DNA of 64,000 nt, taken from assembly GCA_964291315.2 (NCBI GenBank), contig OZ219753.1, forward strand, positions 2,144,001-2,208,000, in the 5' to 3' direction. The position numbers were made by a program, and so were the translations under genes. Source of the DNA: Candidatus Poribacteria bacterium. GTDB taxonomy: Bacteria; Poribacteria; WGA-4E; WGA-3G. Under the pieces are notes generated by a model. That model was not told the origin of the DNA, did no database searches, and saw nothing but the letters and a program-made list of their open reading frames with translations. Shown here piece after piece: positions 48,250 to 57,362 of this stretch. Position 1 is the first letter of the stretch, and each line of letters begins with the position of its first letter.

Positions 48250-48888
48250 ATGAAAACCGCATTAGTATTGGTGGCCATAAGCACCACTCTCATAAGCACT
48301 GGATGCTTCGACAACAACGGGTGTAACAACCTACTGATTGAAGCAATGAAAACACAGGACAGGCAGACGGCTGCGGACAAAGCACATGACCTCATAGAGG
48401 ACACCGTCTGCTATAAGGAAATCAAGGACGGTATGGAAGCCATAGGGCAGCCTGAATCCGAATGCCCTATAGGGCTAAAGAACTTCGATATAACCCCCTA
48501 CATATACAGAGGAAGCGAACAGGGCAGAGTACCTGTCAAACTGATAGATGGTAACATAGAACGCATAGGGAGTTCTAGTAATATCAAACCTGCATTCTCA
48601 ATATACGACGGTGCTGGAGCATATATCCCTGCCAAGTACCGGTACTGGTCTTACCAGGGTAAACGCTGGGACGACGACCTATCTATGTGGAAAGTGATGT
48701 GGAAACTAAAAGTAGGTGAGTGCAAAGGCAGGGAGGTCAAGGAAGCTCACGAGGTACGGCAGAGACTTGCCAACGGGAGCATCAGAAACCCTAATCCTAC
48801 TCGCACAACCTCTACTAGCACCACCACTAATAAAGAGGAGGACAAACCTGACCTAATAGAAGGGACAGAAGTTCCCCCTTCACAATAA
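48250..48888 (+). CDS. Orphan lipoprotein of unknown function
   Basis: RBS aaggag; lipobox-like ISTGC; ATA/AGA/AGG-rich codon use unlike its neighbours. Confidence 0.7.
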   Translation: MKTALVLVAISTTLISTGCFDNNGCNNLLIEAMKTQDRQTAADKAHDLIEDTVCYKEIKDGMEAIGQPESECPIGLKNFDITPYIYRGSEQGRVPVKLIDGNIERIGSSSNIKPAFSIYDGAGAYIPAKYRYWSYQGKRWDDDLSMWKVMWKLKVGECKGREVKEAHEVRQRLANGSIRNPNPTRTTSTSTTTNKEEDKPDLIEGTEVPPSQ

Positions 48889-48893
48889 ACGCT

Positions 48894-48921
48894 ATGACCT
48901 GCGCACGTCATAAAACTGCTC
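48894..48921 (+). ncRNA. Small pseudoknot motif, copy 2 (just after the stop codon)
   Basis: AUGAC-CUGCGCAC-GUCAU-AAAAC-UGCUC; stem 1 differs from copy 1 but still pairs fully. Confidence 0.5.
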
Positions 48922-48971
48922 ATACCTTATGAATAAAAGCGGGTGAAGATGAACAGATGTCATTTTTTAAG

Positions 48972-48999
48972 TTGACACATTTCTCTTTTCAATTATAAT
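48972..48999 (+). promoter_or_regulatory. Sigma70-type promoter for the tubulin/ZorAB gene run
   Basis: TTGACA-16 bp-TATAAT. Confidence 0.6.
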
Positions 49000-49010
49000 T
49001 AACTATAATT

Positions 49011-49166
49011 AACGTGAGTTTGATAATTATTTGGTTCATCTTTGGATAAAGAGAGCCCTTGCACAGTTTAATAGGTTGTCTGAGAAACACCAAAGTGGCA
49101 CAGGAAACTAACAGCATATGATATAGGAACTGAAGACGCACAGGAAACCAACAGCATATGCTACAA
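49011..49166 (+). repeat. ~155-bp diverged direct repeat with degenerate REP units (partner 59509-59662)
   Basis: aacgYgagtttgataattatttggYtcatctttggataaag...gaactgaagacgcacagg...acagc.tatgctacaa in both copies. Confidence 0.8.
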
Positions 49167-49339
49167 CTTACCGAACAGGCATATCAGTATAAGAGGAGTA
49201 TTTTATCGAGTCTACGTTGGTGATTTTGGAGTCAGGTGTACGGTATATTTCTCCAAGTAATCGAAACGTTGAAATAGCTCGGTAACATCGAATCAACAAA
49301 GCACCGGGGCGTTATACGTTGGTTCGGTACTTTTAAAGT

Positions 49340-50767
49340 ATGGAAACAAAAGAAATAAAGTGGGAAAATAATCTCTTACTATTATCCATCTATCTATGCT
49401 GCTCTATTTTTCTCACAAGCTGCGATACCGGAAAAGAGCTAGGTGTTCCAGAGTTTGAACCTGACACATCTGATTTAACGCCTGGCGATATATCCGACAA
49501 GCTTGTTGCGCGCATCTATTTCGACGCGACACTCTCAATGCAAGGTTTTGTGGTCCCGGCTCCAACGGATTACACCCGAATCTGTCAAGATTTAGACAGT
49601 GTTGTCTTAAGCAGTTGGAAAGGCGGACGATCAGAATTTTTTTGGTTTGGTGAAAAGGTTGAAAGTATTGATAGGTCCACCTACTTGCAAGCAGTATCTG
49701 CAGAATTTTACGAAAATAAACATATCTACAGAAAAACGTTTATTGAAAAAATTATTGCCCATGAAACTCGGCTGACCAACGATCAGGCAGGCATCAGTAG
49801 TGATTCTGAAGAATCAGCAGAGATAGCGGCAAGTAAAACTCCTGAAGCGTTAACAGAGGTGGCCACATCCACGGAAAACGTTGATGAGCGTGAAAAAGAA
49901 AACTCATTGGTTATTATTCTGACAGACCTTTTTCAAGATCAAGGCGATATAGCACTGCTGGTTCGACTACTCAAAGAAAAATATATTCAAAAGGGGCTTG
50001 AAGTGGGATTATTCGGTCTGCGCAGCCAATTTGACGGCACAGTCTACAACATCGGTATAGGTCAGAAACCACTCCCTCATCGCAGTAATCCGAATGACCC
50101 GGATACGTTTCGTCCCTTCTACCTTCTTGTGTTAGGCAGGCACGCCGATATTGCCCACTTTTTTACGAAATTAAAATCAAAGAACCCGGAAGCAAAAACG
50201 ATACTCTTTTCTCGGTATCTGGTTAGTCCCTTACTGTCGTTTGCCAACGCTGAAATATCAAAGAAGGGTAATTTAAATGAAAATACTTTCCATCCTATTG
50301 CAGATCCGAGCTTGAAACAGTATGAAATCGTGAAAAATGCTTATCGCGCTACAATCCCTGCTGAATTGACATACACCCCGTTGCCACATGCCATGTCCTT
50401 TGATCCCCAGAGGCTTGAGCCTGCTATTAAAGCGAAAGACAATTCGACTGGACAAACTAAAGAGAATTCAGGTGCTGCGAAGTGTCTGAAAGTGGAATCA
50501 GAGCTAACTAAAGAGAAACTCATGGTTGATTTTACTCTGGAATCCAGCAAACTGGAAAGCGCTATCTACCTTTATGAAGTGACGCTACACCCCAAAATTG
50601 AGGCATATCGGGAACCGGAGTGGTGTTCGGCTTGGGATATGGGATCGGGACGTGACGGTTCAAAAACACTTAATTTAGTTAATTTCGTTCAGGCTCTTTC
50701 ACAAGTAACAGTTCGAACACATCACCCTAAAATCGCCACATTTCACTTCTACGTCAAAAAAAGGTAA
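49340..50767 (+). CDS. Putative lipoprotein with vWA-like (MIDAS) domain
   Basis: Lipobox-like FLTSC; RIYFDATLSMQGF (DxSxS variant) and IILTDLFQ match vWA MIDAS positions; RPFYLLVLG. Confidence 0.65.
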   Translation: METKEIKWENNLLLLSIYLCCSIFLTSCDTGKELGVPEFEPDTSDLTPGDISDKLVARIYFDATLSMQGFVVPAPTDYTRICQDLDSVVLSSWKGGRSEFFWFGEKVESIDRSTYLQAVSAEFYENKHIYRKTFIEKIIAHETRLTNDQAGISSDSEESAEIAASKTPEALTEVATSTENVDEREKENSLVIILTDLFQDQGDIALLVRLLKEKYIQKGLEVGLFGLRSQFDGTVYNIGIGQKPLPHRSNPNDPDTFRPFYLLVLGRHADIAHFFTKLKSKNPEAKTILFSRYLVSPLLSFANAEISKKGNLNENTFHPIADPSLKQYEIVKNAYRATIPAELTYTPLPHAMSFDPQRLEPAIKAKDNSTGQTKENSGAAKCLKVESELTKEKLMVDFTLESSKLESAIYLYEVTLHPKIEAYREPEWCSAWDMGSGRDGSKTLNLVNFVQALSQVTVRTHHPKIATFHFYVKKR

Positions 50768-50783
50768 CGGAGTCACTATTGAA

Positions 50784-51266
50784 ATGAAACATGTTGGTCT
50801 TATCTGTGGTATCTTAGTTATTATCGGTTTATTTTTCCTTCTTGTTATATTAGGTGAAGTGCTTATTTTCGAGGCTTATCCACCGCAATTACCTGACACG
50901 GGCACAACGGAACAGCAACAACAGCAGTGGATGTGGATAGCGAGTTTTGAATCTTGGGCGAGGGTCTGTGTTGCGATTGCGGGAGCGGCAAGTCTTTTAT
51001 GGTATGGATTGGCACAATGGACTTTTAAAATTCGTAACGAAGGGAAAGGGTCTGAAAAACGCGTCGTTTGGGGTTTGTTGTTTCTTTTCCCAATTGTCGC
51101 CGGTATTGTAAGTTGTATCCTTGTTGACAGAGCTGAAAAAATGTGGATAGCATATCTGTTTTTCATCTTAAATGGTTTGATACCTTACTATCTTGCCACC
51201 CTACTATTTTCACCAGCGTCCTTTAAGTACATACCATGGGGTGCAAAACAGATTCGTCGTTGGTAA
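50784..51266 (+). CDS. Small four-TM membrane protein
   Basis: Four hydrophobic helices, C-terminal LFSPASFKYIP; tightly spaced within the gene run. Confidence 0.8.
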   Translation: MKHVGLICGILVIIGLFFLLVILGEVLIFEAYPPQLPDTGTTEQQQQQWMWIASFESWARVCVAIAGAASLLWYGLAQWTFKIRNEGKGSEKRVVWGLLFLFPIVAGIVSCILVDRAEKMWIAYLFFILNGLIPYYLATLLFSPASFKYIPWGAKQIRRW

Positions 51267-51290
51267 ACGTTTTTTATAGGAGGTAAATAA

Positions 51291-52721
51291 ATGGCATATT
51301 ATGCGATCGGTATTGGCGGGACAGGGGCAAAATGCCTTGAATCCCTGATTCATCTGGCAGCAGCAGGAATGATGCCAGATGACAAAGAGCTTTACACACT
51401 TTTTGTTGATCCTGATACTTCAAATGGAAGCCGTGCGCGGGTTGAGAAAACACTGGTTAATTATGTGAAATGCAAAGATCAACTTCAACTCGGAAACACA
51501 AACTTTTTGAAGACAAAAGTTATTCCTGCTAATCCTGTCCTTTGGACACCTTTTAAAAGTGCTAATCCAAGCTTAGAGGATTTCTTTCACAGTCCAATTT
51601 TTAAAGGTTCATCCGCAGCTAAGTTATTCGACGTGTTATATAGCAAATCAGAACAAGATATGCCCTTGGAAGACGGTTTTCGTGGTCACCCCTCCATTGG
51701 CTCAGCGGTCATGGCAAAGACAGTAGATTTGAAAGGAGACAAAACGTGGAGTTGGTTTAGTAAAGTAATTTCTAATGATCCAGAATCTAAAGTGTTCTTA
51801 GCAGGTTCTATTTTCGGCGGCACAGGCGCTTCTGGATTCCCTACGATCGCGCAGATCCTTAAAAATAATTTACCAGGTGTAACGCTCGGAGGGGCATTGA
51901 TTCTTCCGTACTTTAAGTTTGAGGATGCAGATGATGGGAAACTCAAAGCAAGATCTGCCGAGTTTTTGATGAATACACAAACCGCTTTGAAGCATTACCA
52001 TCTATCGAATAAAACAGGTTCTTATGATGCGGTCTACCTATTTGGCAATGAATCTCGAACGAATGTGGGAAACGCTCTCGGCGGTGGGCAGCAGGAGAAT
52101 GCTCCACATTTCATTGAACTCTATGCAGCCTTAGCAGCAATCGATTTTTTTGGTAAGAAACCAGATCAATCAGATGGCAAGGGCGGAACTCAATATTTCA
52201 TGACAGCCCGCAAAAAAGTTAACGCTCTTGACTGGAGCGATCTGCCAGATGGTAACAACGGTGATACAGTTCGTTCAAAAATCTTGCAACTGGAACATCT
52301 TGCTTTTGCGTATCTTAGCGTCTATCATCCCACAATTCTAGATATTAACAAAAACATAAAAGCGGCATACTGTGCTCCATGGTATGTCGATTTCTTTGAA
52401 CGACGTAAGGTCGGCATCGACGATACATTACTCAGCACCGTCGGTGAATACTGTAAAGATTTTTTGCTATGGATCGCCAACATACAAGGAAATTGTGGTG
52501 TCGGAGAAAAAATTAATCTCATTAAAAATAGGTATGGAGCGTACTCCAAGAAACAAAATGGTAGTCTTGTTCTCAAAAAATCCAAAGATTTTTCAGAATC
52601 TGACTGGTTGAACAAACTTTGGGAACGTATGTGTAATAGTCGGAGAAAAAACGGATATTCACAAGGCGTTGGAAAGTTTCTACATGCCTTATACCACAAT
52701 TGTCCTGATAAACATAACTAA
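51291..52721 (+). CDS. Tubulin/FtsZ-like GTPase (FtsZ-like 2 / Tubulin_2 type)
   Basis: N-terminal AIGIGGTG, VDPD.SNG, GFRGHPSIG, tubulin signature variant SIFGGTGASGFP, LILPYF, QENAPHFIEL. Confidence 0.88.
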   Translation: MAYYAIGIGGTGAKCLESLIHLAAAGMMPDDKELYTLFVDPDTSNGSRARVEKTLVNYVKCKDQLQLGNTNFLKTKVIPANPVLWTPFKSANPSLEDFFHSPIFKGSSAAKLFDVLYSKSEQDMPLEDGFRGHPSIGSAVMAKTVDLKGDKTWSWFSKVISNDPESKVFLAGSIFGGTGASGFPTIAQILKNNLPGVTLGGALILPYFKFEDADDGKLKARSAEFLMNTQTALKHYHLSNKTGSYDAVYLFGNESRTNVGNALGGGQQENAPHFIELYAALAAIDFFGKKPDQSDGKGGTQYFMTARKKVNALDWSDLPDGNNGDTVRSKILQLEHLAFAYLSVYHPTILDINKNIKAAYCAPWYVDFFERRKVGIDDTLLSTVGEYCKDFLLWIANIQGNCGVGEKINLIKNRYGAYSKKQNGSLVLKKSKDFSESDWLNKLWERMCNSRRKNGYSQGVGKFLHALYHNCPDKHN

Positions 52722-52744
52722 TTAATTGGTTAGGAGGTTATATA

Positions 52745-55700
52745 ATGCCAAAACCACTTCTTCCTAGTTTGATACCAGGTAACAAGGTTACCGCTTTTGG
52801 TAACGCTGGAAAATGGGTTCCAAGAAACGCTTCTGAACTTAAACTCATTAGCGATGGGCTTAACGTTGCAAAACAGGGAGTGACCCCAACTGAGGTTGAT
52901 AGCATTCCGAGTATGTGGGCACGCCCTCTACTGTTCCAAATGGCGCTGTATGATGACAAACATCCAGTGCATACGCAAGTTTTAGGCGAATGGCGTGGAC
53001 TTTTAGCGATGTTGGCACTGAAAGAGTGGAGCGAGTTCCCCATAACTACAGAGCAAGTTGAGATTGATGTTGCCAAGAATCCAGAAGCAGCTGCGGATTT
53101 TCTTCGGGCCCTAGCGAAATTGCGACCAACAGACACGTTATCTGATCTGAGCTTACCAGATCCGGCGACATGGGAAGTCCTTAATATCATCCTGTTTGAT
53201 GGAGAGCCTATTGGTATTGCCTCACCAACTACTTTGGTGTGTACCTCAGTTAACTGTTTCGGTCGGATCTCGGACGTTCCCTGGTTTGACAATCGAAGAT
53301 TCCTCGTCGATCCAGTTCGGAAATTGAACGTTTCCGAGAAAGAAGCAGTTAAGTATTGGCTAACAACTCTTCAGGAAGGCACTGCAAAGCTTCCTATTCT
53401 TGACATAACAGTTAGCCTTAACAAACTTCTACTCAATTTTATAAATCAGTTAAATGTACCTTTAAAGGTGTTCGACTTTTCTATTACTAAACTCGGTTTG
53501 ACTCAAGACCTTTTTAAGTATATGAATCAACCGGTGGTAGCCCCCAAGGGGTCTAAATCGAGTATAAAACTTGTTCATTCCAAAAACAAAAAGTCAAAGG
53601 AAAATCTCCTCGTTTTCGATAAGGACATTCATAAAGCTTGGAGAGTCGAACCGCAAAATGTAATTGTTTGGAAAGGGAAGACACTTGCAACAAGTCAAAA
53701 TTCCAGTGGGACGCCCGAACTGGTACTTCCAGAAGATGTTGAGCTGCAAACTCCACAAGATTTTTTCATAGACAAACTTTTTGTCATCAAGCAAAAAAAA
53801 GCCTTCCATAAGGGCAGTACTTTAGCCTCTAAAGGCAGTAGGAATATTAATTTTAACGGAAGCCCGGTCACACCAATTCTACCGCTCACTACGAAATTGC
53901 TAACCTATCTTGATGTAGAAGATTTAAATGATAGAATTACTTTTAACCAGCTGAATGACCGTATTGTTGTGGAGTTGCGTCTCACTTTGAACGGTATCGA
54001 TGGGAAGGGGAATTCAGATTTTGTTATTTCTAAAGAATATGACAAAGCAAACGTTAGGACCATTGCGACCGCACCAGTTTTGGCGGTTTGGCCGAACTTC
54101 AGAACTCAAGGTTGGAAGGCTTACTATACCTATTTCACAACAGCCGATCAAGACGCATTTTACGCCAAACCCCTCCCGGCAGCAAAAGAGTCGGATACGC
54201 TGCCTGATCCGCTAACGTTTCAAGATAATAGCGGAAATGTTAAGAAAGAGACTACAAAAACGGAACATTTTCCTGAAGCGATGCTATGTGAATATAAAGG
54301 GGCTAAGGCGGGAATTTTGCTCATTTCAGCACCAGAAGCCTTAAATGCTAATACTAATAAGGCTAATACTAATAAAGAAACAATATGGACCGTAGGGGTA
54401 GATTTCGGCAGCAGCAGCACTACAGTCTATAGGTATAGCAACGCTGATAATGAGCCTCAGAGCGTAACTTTTGATAAGAAACACATTTTACGTATTACCG
54501 ACCCTCTTACTTCCTCAAAAATCGCATTCTATAAGGATTTTCTCTCTCATGAAAGCAAATCGACACCGTTCTTCAGCCTCTTTCAAACACTCCAAACTGT
54601 AAAACCCGATGAACCCCTCCTTGATGGACATATCTACTTTCCTGATAATCATAATGATATTTCTTCTGATAAACGCATTGTTAGCGATCTCAAATGGTCT
54701 AGTACAATAAACCGGAGGCACATTCAGGTTTTTCTCAAACAACTCTGTCTTCAAACCGCCGCTGAGGCTGTTAACGATGGGGCCCAAAAGATAGATTGGA
54801 ATTTTTCTCATCCGCTTGCCTTTACAAGACAGGATAAAGGACAATTTGAACTGATTTGGAAAAGCGTCGGAGCAGCTTGTGGGAGCGCGACTGGCGTGAA
54901 TCAAAAGGTTGTGACCCCGGCCCAATCAGAAAGTGTGGTCACCGCAAAATTCTTTGCAAGCACCTTACAAAATCCAACAGCTATTGGCGATTTTACCAGC
55001 GGGGCAGTCTGCATCGATATTGGAGGAGAAACCTCAGATATCTCAATTTGGCAAAACAATAAACTGTACTGGCAAACGTCTATCAAATTTGCAGGACGGC
55101 ATATTTTTTTAAATCTGCTCAAAGAAAATCCCGAATTTCTGAAAGAACTTGGTGTGAACGAGAACGGGATCAAATTGTTAAAAGAAATCAAGGACGACAA
55201 GTTTTATGCTCAAGCGGACGCTTTAATTGAAACGGAAGGTCAAGATTGGTTGAGCGAACTCCCTAACGTAGAGAACCCATCCATTATCCAACCGTTTCTT
55301 CAACTCATTTCACTTGGGGTTTCCGGTCTTTTATACTATGTCGGGCTACTTCTCACTTACCTTTCTAAAGTCAAACCTGAATCTGATCTTAAGTCTGAAA
55401 TCCCCAGTATATACATCGGCGGTAACGGATCAAACATTCTACATTGGATGGCAGATGGCAGTTTCGATCCTGACAACTCTACAGCGCAAGATTGTAGAAA
55501 GTACCTTAAAAAGGTCATCTGCAAAGCATCAGGATTTGCCCCAGATGATAATAATCGCGATATAGAGATTAGTCACTCCCCAAAAAAGGAGGCTGCTTAT
55601 GGATTAGTCATTGACATTGACGAAACAGAACTCGATTTTGATCCAGATACTCAATTTGACGTTTTAGCTGGTGAAACTTTTACAGAGAATGGAATAGAGT

Positions 55701-56026
55701 ATCCATGGACTGAAGTTCTTACTGCCGAACGACTACATAACCGCTTATCGATTCCTAAGAGGTTCGACAAAATTCAACACTTTATAGACAGTTTCAACCA
55801 AAATTTAGGTGAAGGGATTAAGAAAGTATCCCTGAAGGAAACTGTAAGTGGCAAAGAAGGCGACTCCGCTACTGTTAGCGATGCTATGTTTGCAGAGCTG
55901 GAAAAAGTTTTCCAAGCTTTTAGTAATAGGGACCCAGGAAAAATCTCTATTGAACCGTTATTTATTCTCGCGTTAAAAGAATTACTGAGAGCAAAAACAA
56001 GACGATGGATAAACATGGATGGATAA
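52745..56026 (+). CDS. Large protein with C-terminal actin/Hsp70/FtsA-fold ATPase domain
   Basis: Phosphate-1 VGVDFGSSSTTV, connect SESVVTA, phosphate-2 CIDIGGETSDISI, adenosine YIGGNGS, PKKEAAYGL; ~540-aa N-terminal region (SIPSMWAR, EWRGLLA, SPTTL) of unknown fold. Confidence 0.82.
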   Translation: MPKPLLPSLIPGNKVTAFGNAGKWVPRNASELKLISDGLNVAKQGVTPTEVDSIPSMWARPLLFQMALYDDKHPVHTQVLGEWRGLLAMLALKEWSEFPITTEQVEIDVAKNPEAAADFLRALAKLRPTDTLSDLSLPDPATWEVLNIILFDGEPIGIASPTTLVCTSVNCFGRISDVPWFDNRRFLVDPVRKLNVSEKEAVKYWLTTLQEGTAKLPILDITVSLNKLLLNFINQLNVPLKVFDFSITKLGLTQDLFKYMNQPVVAPKGSKSSIKLVHSKNKKSKENLLVFDKDIHKAWRVEPQNVIVWKGKTLATSQNSSGTPELVLPEDVELQTPQDFFIDKLFVIKQKKAFHKGSTLASKGSRNINFNGSPVTPILPLTTKLLTYLDVEDLNDRITFNQLNDRIVVELRLTLNGIDGKGNSDFVISKEYDKANVRTIATAPVLAVWPNFRTQGWKAYYTYFTTADQDAFYAKPLPAAKESDTLPDPLTFQDNSGNVKKETTKTEHFPEAMLCEYKGAKAGILLISAPEALNANTNKANTNKETIWTVGVDFGSSSTTVYRYSNADNEPQSVTFDKKHILRITDPLTSSKIAFYKDFLSHESKSTPFFSLFQTLQTVKPDEPLLDGHIYFPDNHNDISSDKRIVSDLKWSSTINRRHIQVFLKQLCLQTAAEAVNDGAQKIDWNFSHPLAFTRQDKGQFELIWKSVGAACGSATGVNQKVVTPAQSESVVTAKFFASTLQNPTAIGDFTSGAVCIDIGGETSDISIWQNNKLYWQTSIKFAGRHIFLNLLKENPEFLKELGVNENGIKLLKEIKDDKFYAQADALIETEGQDWLSELPNVENPSIIQPFLQLISLGVSGLLYYVGLLLTYLSKVKPESDLKSEIPSIYIGGNGSNILHWMADGSFDPDNSTAQDCRKYLKKVICKASGFAPDDNNRDIEISHSPKKEAAYGLVIDIDETELDFDPDTQFDVLAGETFTENGIEYPWTEVLTAERLHNRLSIPKRFDKIQHFIDSFNQNLGEGIKKVSLKETVSGKEGDSATVSDAMFAELEKVFQAFSNRDPGKISIEPLFILALKELLRAKTRRWINMDG

Positions 56027-56083
56027 ACCAGCTTGTATTTTCGAACAGGGGCATAACATAGCATATATGTTTTAAGGGGACTC

Positions 56084-57220
56084 ATGGAACAACTTAAAGA
56101 TCTGCTAAACTTAACCACAGCGATCGCACCAATTCTCGCTATTTTAGTAGTTGCGATCATTGGTTGTTCGGCTTTTTATTTTTTAAGGAATCGGCAAGAA
56201 ACTGCTAACGAAGCTAAAAAAGTCGGCAACCCTAACAGTGGAGAGAAGCCTGAAATTGTAGTTTTCCTACGGCCGCATGCTGCATGTGTTCAATGCCTGA
56301 TGCTTTGTATAGAGAACATAGGGACTAGGACAGCCTATAATGTCCAGTTTGGACCCTTAGCTTCCGCCCCGTTTATCAGGTCTTCTAATATCGGCAATGT
56401 AAAGATTTTTAAGGAAAACGATTTTCTTCGGAGGGGAATCAGCTGTTTTGGCGCTGGACAGAAGATCGAGCTATTCCTAATCCGTTTAGTAGGCGACTTC
56501 CCTGAAGAACTGAAACAACCTCTTGAAATCTCTGTTACTTACAAGGATTCGCTGAACTACACGTACAAGAATGGGTATAAACTGGACTTTAGCGAATTTG
56601 AAAGCCTTGTAGAAATCGAGTCAATAAAAGAACAGACGATATCTGACTTGAGATCTCTGCTTCACGTAATACAGAAAAACTTTAGTCAAGTTGATGAAAG
56701 TATTGAACCTCCCAGGACACCCCAAACCTCGAAATCTAAGGATAGTGAAATTCCGCACGAAGAAGAGGAAGAATGCCGCCAAATCGACCACAATGGGCAA
56801 GCCAACTTATTAACACCAGAGCTTCAGCAACTCGTTGAGTTATACAATGCAAGTGATGATGCCACATTACGGCAAAATCATAAGCACCAAGTTTCAATTA
56901 GCGTTAGTAATGATGTAGAACTTTTCAACAATCCAGATAAAGAAGCACTTTTCCAAACTAAGCCAAATGGCAGCTTGGTTGCCTACAACATTGATTCAGA
57001 AAATTCATATGCGGTTGTACCATTTTTGGGTTGCGTTCTGCAAAATGATCTCTATAATTCTGGTGCTTTCCGTCAGGTTTTTAAGTGCCCTAATTTTGAT
57101 TCAAAACGCAAGTATCATATGAAAGTTATTCGCCCCGCCATGTTTACACTGGATCCTGTAAACGAGAAATGGACACTTCAAGAAATGGGAGAATTAGAAT
57201 TAACGGTACACGACAATTGA
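56084..57220 (+). CDS. Membrane-anchored hypothetical protein
   Basis: N-terminal TM, beta-rich domain (IENIGTRTAYNVQF), acidic linker, C-terminal globular domain. Confidence 0.75.
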   Translation: MEQLKDLLNLTTAIAPILAILVVAIIGCSAFYFLRNRQETANEAKKVGNPNSGEKPEIVVFLRPHAACVQCLMLCIENIGTRTAYNVQFGPLASAPFIRSSNIGNVKIFKENDFLRRGISCFGAGQKIELFLIRLVGDFPEELKQPLEISVTYKDSLNYTYKNGYKLDFSEFESLVEIESIKEQTISDLRSLLHVIQKNFSQVDESIEPPRTPQTSKSKDSEIPHEEEEECRQIDHNGQANLLTPELQQLVELYNASDDATLRQNHKHQVSISVSNDVELFNNPDKEALFQTKPNGSLVAYNIDSENSYAVVPFLGCVLQNDLYNSGAFRQVFKCPNFDSKRKYHMKVIRPAMFTLDPVNEKWTLQEMGELELTVHDN

Positions 57221-57362
57221 TCGAAAAAAGATATCTGCCTACGAAAACGCAGGAGCACATAGCACAAATAACACCTGTTTTAAAAATCTGTATCACATTA
57301 GCTGTAGCATCCATCCAAAACCGGGCGCATTGTGTGTGATGCCTTAAATCAATAAAACGCTT

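Noticed and set aside
49090-49170. CRISPR mini-array or type III antitoxin repeats (also 59595-59700)
   Set aside because: Units are degenerate, lack unique spacers, resemble GTAG-type REP palindromes, and no cas or toxN-like gene is adjacent.
51291-52721. Canonical ftsZ with ftsA
   Set aside because: Divergent signature, no recognisable FtsZ T7 loop or C-terminal core peptide, partner far larger than FtsA, and no dcw genes.
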